Assembly (NCBI RefSeq): GCF_009914755.1
Contig: NC_060935.1
DNA: 64,000 bases
Strand: one strand, 5' to 3'
Source of the DNA: the human T2T-CHM13v2.0 reference genome, Homo sapiens
Part shown: positions 57,450 through 64,000 of the stretch, piece by piece
Position numbering within the stretch: position 1 is the first letter of the stretch
Layout: the number at the start of each line of letters is the position of its first letter
The notes under the pieces: model-generated
Database searches by the model: none
Seen by the model: only the letters and a program-made list of their open reading frames with translations
Told to the model about the DNA's origin: nothing
Made by a program: the position numbers and the translations under genes

Positions 57450-57720
57450 AATAAAAATAATCACTAACATCAATGAACACTATTCCCACGCTTAGGCACC
57501 ATGCCAAGCACTTTATGAACATTACCTCATCCATTCCTTGAGAGAACCCTATAAGGTAGGTATTATTAATCCCATTTTACAGATGAGAAATACTGGACTT
57601 ACAAGGTTACATAATTTCCCCATAGTCAGAGATGCTATAAATCATGAGGCCTCTGTTATAAGAGGAATAGAATTCCTCAGCTTACCTATAGTCCCTCCCT
57701 GTCCAATGCTTTTGTCTACA
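57450..57720 (-). mobile_element. MIR
   Basis: Reverse MIR core aggtaggtattattaatcccattttacagatgagaaa. Confidence 0.7.
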
Positions 57721-60700
57721 CAAACTCAATGCTAAGTTGAAAAATTGTAAGTTTTCTCCTGATTTCAAATAAATTCCTTTTAAAATATCTAATAAATTTA
57801 TGAATTCTAGTTTGGTCCATTTTGATACTGTCAAAAAGAAAACACACTACAAACTGAAAAGTGCTGTCTTTTGTCAGGTGTTTTTACTGATCCAAGTATT
57901 ATTTGCTTCTATCTCTTATTTCGTTTAAAAGAAAAACAGATGGTTTAATATAAATTCCTGCATGAAGTTTTCTAGACTCCCCAGCAAACTTTATGAGCAT
58001 AGTAAGTTCTAGAGACAAACAGCATGGATTTAAATCCCAAATACACAAACGGACAACCTCTGGAATATGGGCAAGTTACTCAACCTCATACTTCAGTATT
58101 CTCACATCTGTGTTAGGGGTAAAAATACTTCATAAGGATGTTATGAAGAAGAAGTAATGAGAATGCACTGAGCACGGTATAAATGACCCATAATTACTGG
58201 AATTGTTTTGTTGTTTTTCTGCCTCTGCAAAATTTCTCAGGATTGCCCTAATTTCACTAGGTTGAAAAAACCTGAACACACTCCTTGATGAAGTGTTCCA
58301 AATACAGGTCTCTCACAAACAGATAATAAAGCATCCTACACCCTAACTGGGAAAAAAATCATGTCATTTTACACTTCATAAGTCAATTCCATCTCTTAAA
58401 ATTATTATTCATCCGGTACTATTAAAACTGTCATCTTCTATAGCACCTCAGTACTCCTATCAGATAGGTAGGTGTTCTTGAACACAATGTCCTGCGTTAA
58501 TCTGGTCAAACAGGAGCCATCTGCGAAGCCAGAATGGCAAGGGACAAGCAAATTTCCCCGATCCACAAACGGGAGTTTCCCCAAAATATAAGAAGTTTTA
58601 TTTTTACTGTGAAAATGCTTTTTTTACCCTAGTTATGTAATATATGCTTACTAAAGTTAGGGATAATTAACGTTAGTAAAATTAAGAATATGTATATAAA
58701 AAGCAAAGAAAGATGAACCCATAATTCTGCCTCCCAGAGATAGCTACTAGTAACATTTTGGTATCTTTCCATTTCATCTTTCTGCTATGCATTTTAAAAA
58801 TATAATTGGAATCATTCTGCATGCAAAATGTTATATTCTGGGTTCTCTTTCTTTCTGTTTTTGTTTTGTTTTGTTTCGTTTTGTTTTTTCTCTCTCTCTC
58901 CGTTTAGACCATTATAACGTCAGCATTTTCCATGTTACTGCAGACTCTTTATAAACGTTTTCACTGGCTGTGGGATATTTCACAGGTTAGTTTTGTCACA
59001 ATTTTCTTAACCATTTCCCTTTGCTATACCCCCCAAAGGCTTTTAAGCTGTCAGGCCCAGACAAGATTTCTAGACACACAGCCCTAAGGATGGGGCCTGC
59101 CTGTGGTCATAAACCAAGCCATTTTGGGAACTAGGTACATCACTTTTCACGATAGGTAAGAATCACCATGAGTCCTACTCTTCAAATGCCAACAGACCCT
59201 GAGTCCAGTGATGTGTGAACCCCAAATGCCAGTAGTTCTGGTCAACAATTACAGCAACTCCTCTAGGATAAATAAAATAATGTTCTCGACAGGCCCGGCC
59301 ACCCACGGTGAGCACAGGGAAGAGCACAAACACCTCCCACCCACCTCTGCTGCCTGTGTTCCAACGCAAACCAAGGGTGCAGATGTGAATTCCTTCTTTT
59401 CTCCTCTTGCCCTACTCAGTTTATTTCCAAAAATCACTGTTCCATCACCACTCAACACCATTTGCCATGAACTGCACCATAAAACACACTTTTTAAATAA
59501 CAGACCACGTTCATTATATTTTCTTTTTTAAAAAAGAAGGCAGAAGGGCAAGCATTAGGTAGAAAAAACAATGTAGAACTTGCAATAGTCATAGACTGTA
59601 ACACTGAAATCAGAAATCACAATTACCAAGGCTCTTTTAACACCCTCATGCACATGTATGACCATCATCTAAAAATCCAAGATTCAAAGCTAAGTCTTTG
59701 AATTTAAAAATGGTTGTGTGGTCTTACAGAACAACTTCTAAGTTGCATTTGCATTTCTTATGGTTCAAACAAACAAACAACAAACACGAATTTTTGTTTT
59801 AAGCAGTTAAAGGTTAAGCAAATACAAAAGAGCATTTTTGCACTTCTAGGCACAGTAGCTGGAATTTTGAAAATCTTCACCGTTCCTGTTAAAACAAGAT
59901 TGAGAAACAGGAAAGAAACTGCTTCAAGTTGAAAGTCAGGATGGCTTAATGGAAAACAATGGGCTTTGTCAGGATAAGAGCTGGGCCTGAATTCTGATTC
60001 AAGCCACATGCGGGAGGGATAAGCAGCCACTTCAAAGGGTTCTTTGAGTGTTAAACATGGTACCTACAATGCCAAGCACCATCTCTGGCACAGAGAGTGT
60101 AAGGATTGCAGAATTATTGTCAACAAGAAGAAAAGCCTATACTGCAAGGAGGAGGAAGCTGTCAGGGAGTCATATTGCACTGACAATTTATGAGTGTAAA
60201 TAATCGTAAGCATAAGGTCAAGGACCTAGAGATTAAGAACCTAGGACTATTGCTTCTTTTTGTTAACTTCATGAAGCAAACCAAGAACTGAGAACAAAAA
60301 GTACACTCTTCCTAGACTTCTTGGTTTGTCTTGAGGCAGCCTGCCCAATTTAGAGTCCTTGGGTACTTTGTGAATTTCTCAGCAACTGCAGAGACTGGTT
60401 CTCCGCCCTCATGTCAATCCCCTACACAGAGCCGTGGCAACTTTATGCCCATCACTCAGTTTAGTCCAAGGCCAGGCTCCTAAACCCACCCTGATTGTAG
60501 GTGGCACTCAGAAAAATCCTAATGCAGGCTTCACACTGCTCAGAGACAAGTCATTCTGCTTGTCTGCCACTGCTTGTGTTTCACTTCAATTCTAGTAAAT
60601 GGGCTTCTGCCTCTTTCCTGTTGTTAAGCTTTGCTATCCTACCACAACTCCAGGGACTGCAGTATGTCCTTGTCCTGTTCCTTGAAGGGTAGTCTCCTGT

Positions 60701-60769
60701 TTTAAAATTTTTGCTCTGAAACTCCAAAATATCCATTAGATGTTTGCCACTTGCTCTGCATTTTAGAGG

Positions 60770-61064
60770 TTGTTTTGTTTCATTCTGAGATAGAGTCTCA
60801 CTCTGTTACCCAGGGTGGAGTGCAGTGGCACCATCTCAGCTGCAACCTCTGCCTCTCAGGTTCAGGAGATTCTCGTGCCTCAGCCTCCCAAGTAGCTGGG
60901 ATTACAGGGGCCTGCCACGACGCCCAGCTAATTTTTGCATTTTTAGTAGAGATGGGGTTTCACTGTGTTGGCCGGGCTGGTCTTGAACTCCTGACCTCAA
61001 ATGATCTGCCTACCTTGGCCTCCCAAAGTGCTGGGATTACAGGCATGAGTCACCATGCCCAGCC
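60770..61064 (-). mobile_element. AluS
   Basis: Reverse Alu consensus. Confidence 0.92.
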
Positions 61065-61709
61065 TGCACCACATTTTCTTTGGGTTAGAAGATCCCCACG
61101 TGTGTCTGTCCTTAGGCCTGACGTCACATGCTGGCTTCTCTGACATCAGTTCTCTAAGTACACTGCTCATTGTGATTTCTTGTCCTCTCCAAACCCACAA
61201 TTCACACCAGCCCCAAATGCAGATAGTCTCCCAGATTCCACAGCTGTGCTGGTTTAGACTATTCTGTCTCCTCCACCATTTCCCAGATGCCATGGTATAT
61301 GAAAGCAGAATTACCATCATCTACTTAATTCACCCCACAGGACAAACTATTCTCACTCAACTACAAATTATTTTCCTAATGTTGGACTTTTTTTCTTCCT
61401 CCTCATGGAAACTATTTTAGTCCATGTCCTCTGAACTGGTCACTCAGCCAGGACTCAGTCCACTTGACAGTCCAGGCACCCCAAACACCACCTCAACACT
61501 GTGACTCTCTTGCTATAGTGATATCAAGATACCCCAAATCACAGATTTGTGGCACCAGAAAGCAGTTTTAGAAACTTACTTTATATCTTACAGATAAGAA
61601 AATGAGACCCAGATATTAATATCAAAGTGTGAGTCAGTGGCAAGGCTGAAACTAGGAATTTTCAGACCTAGAGTACTTCAGGCTACTGTTCACATGGTTC
61701 TTAGATGAG

Positions 61710-62073
61710 TGACATGGTTTGGCTGTCTCCCCACCCAAATCTCATCTTTAATCGTAGCTCCCATAATCCCCATGTGTCATGGGATGGACCCAGTGGGAGG
61801 TAACTGAATCATGGGGGCAGGTTTTTCCCGTGCCCTTCTCATGATAGTGAATAAGTCTCACAAGATCTGATGGTTTTATAAAGGGCAGACCCCCTGCACA
61901 TGCTCTCTTTCCTGCCACCATGTAAGACATGACTTTGCTCCTTCTTCACCTTCTGTCATGATTGTGAGGCCTTCCCAGCCGTGTGGAACTGTGAGTCCAT
62001 TAAACCTCTTTTTCTTGATAAATTACGCAGTCTCAGGTATTTCTTCATAGCAGTATGAAAATGGACTAATACA
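61710..62073 (+). mobile_element. THE1-family (THE1B-like) solo LTR
   Basis: TGACATGGTTTGGCTG...GGACTAATACA with 5-bp TSD ATGAG at 61705-61709 and 62074-62078. Confidence 0.92.
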
Positions 62074-62859
62074 ATGAGTATGTCTATGAACCAATGAAAA
62101 AAACAAATCCTCTGCACATTCCCCTGGAATCTCAAATTCTTCATTCCAGCCCAGTCTCCACATATTTTTTTAATACTCCCATACTGACATGTTCTTTTAG
62201 GAAATCTCTTTCTTCCACAGGCCAAAGATTCCTCAAGGTAGAGAAAATCTTTTCCTTCTTAAATTTTTCCACTCAGTTTTAGATGTTCAGCTGAAAGTTA
62301 ATAGCCTTGAGTGTTCCTTCTGTAATTCCATGACTTACGAGAGTGAGGTTTCCATTTGCCACTCTCTCCTGCATTATCATCAATCCCTGTAGCCTTTCAG
62401 TGGAAAGTCCGGGAACTAATAATACAAAGAATTTTAAGTAACTTCAGCCTAAAAGCTTAGAATGCTTGAAATGTAAGGATCCTTGGAGACCATCTTCTCT
62501 AACCAGTATTAGTCTCATTTTACAGACTAAGGAATGGAGGCCTACACCATTTGACTCTTAACCCAATATGCTCTTCTCCATGCCATTCCCCAACCTCCAA
62601 ACAATGAATTCCTCCATATTTGTTTCTGAGTGAAGATGTCATCCTAGGTCATGCTTCTCTATAGAATCTCAATCAGTGGAACTATCCCAAAAATATGTTT
62701 GTGGGTCTGGATTGCATTTACCTCATGCTTCTTCATGACTTCAATTCCACATGGTTTTATCATGAACATTGTTTGGAAAAGAAAATAAAATAGTCAAATC
62801 CAAACCTTTAATCCACAAGTCTGTCACTGCTTCCTTGACAGATTAGCATGGCCTATAGA

Positions 62860-63075
62860 TTCAGGCAAAGTTGTGTGTCATTGACAAGCTGTAAAACCCA
62901 GGTCACCCTTGGCAGCCTCTTTTAGCCTTGGTTTTCTTATCTGCAAAATGGGAATAACACCACTCACTTCCTAGGGTTATGATATAATATATTACAACAA
63001 TTAACACTTGGCTTGGTACACAATAAGCATTCAATAAATGGTAGCCATATTATTTATTATCATTACTATTATTAT
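62860..63075 (+). mobile_element. MIR
   Basis: ttcttatctgcaaaatgggaataac...cattcaataaatggtagc. Confidence 0.65.
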
Positions 63076-64000
63076 CATTTCTGTAGATTTTGCCTTGTCT
63101 GCCTTGGCTCTTTTTGACTGGTCTCCTTGTTCTAACTTAAGCCATATGACCCTATAGGCCAGAAAATGTAAGAAGAAAGAGAAGGGATTCCCCAAAAGCA
63201 GTGTTGAACCAAGTTAGGGCAATAAGATGAGGAAAAGATCATCAGAATAAAAAAAAATCAAAATCATAAGGGGGTTAGTTTTACACTCTAGGCTATCACA
63301 AATTTTGCATCAAGACTGATACATTGGGCATTACATTGAAACATTTTCCCCCATAATGCATTTATGAGATTATCATTTCAATTTTGTTAAACAGTGCTAG
63401 ATTCAGTTTGTTTGTGTGCCTGGCACATAGCAGGAATTCAATGAGCGAATGAATAAAAGAATGACTGTGCCAAATAAGCAAATTATATATATATAATATA
63501 TATATCAAAACTCTGAAACAGCTGTATTTGCTATTTCATTTATAAGGTTAAAGTAAGTTTTAGAATATTTCTATCTTAACTGGAGATATCAATTAAAACG
63601 CTTTGTTGGAGAAAATGTATCATTTCCTATAATGCAAAATATAAGAATTCAAATATACTTTGGAAATTTATAGGTATTTTCATTTATTCATGACTCATGA
63701 TAGCTCGAAAGCAGCTATTATGTCAAGGCAAATTATTAGCTCTCACTATTGTATAATAAACAGAGCTATAATTCATGTTTATTTACAAATATTCTTTCTA
63801 GTTATGAGATTTAGCACATGTCCATCCATTATGATTGTTAGTTTCCTTTTGTTTTCTTTTAAGGAAAGGCTACTGGCTAAATAACCAATCAATAAACATC
63901 TCTAACCAGCTACCTTGGTGCTGTTAACAATGGAATGTGCAATTATTTCCGTCTCCCATATTCCCATTTATATAGAATGATCTGGATCAACTGCTGGGTC

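Overview
Primate (very probably human) genomic DNA, about 40% GC by eye and rich in Alu, MIR, L2, L1 and LTR repeats. The whole window lies inside MPPED2 (239FB, a brain metallophosphoesterase), transcribed on the minus strand. Two coding exons are present: 42290-42471 (182 bp; DxH and GD motifs) and 1594-1819 (226 bp; GNHE motif), separated by a 40,470-bp phase-1 intron. The other ORFs in the track are Alu/LTR-derived or chance ORFs. I see no prokaryotic-type system, CRISPR array or RNA gene. The most interesting signals are: (1) a polypyrimidine-CAG|GTAAGT site 215 nt upstream of the 182-bp exon, either a recursive splice site or the donor of a 42-nt in-frame microexon; (2) the two exons total 408 nt and a back-splice would give a stop-free circular ORF, with oppositely oriented Alus flanking them; (3) a patchwork of locally templated direct and inverted duplications at 25.7-27.5 kb; (4) an older inverted repeat at 52.1-53.0 kb, apparently interrupted by an Alu and enclosing an enhancer-like core. 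Repeat family names come from recalled consensus sequences, not from a database search.
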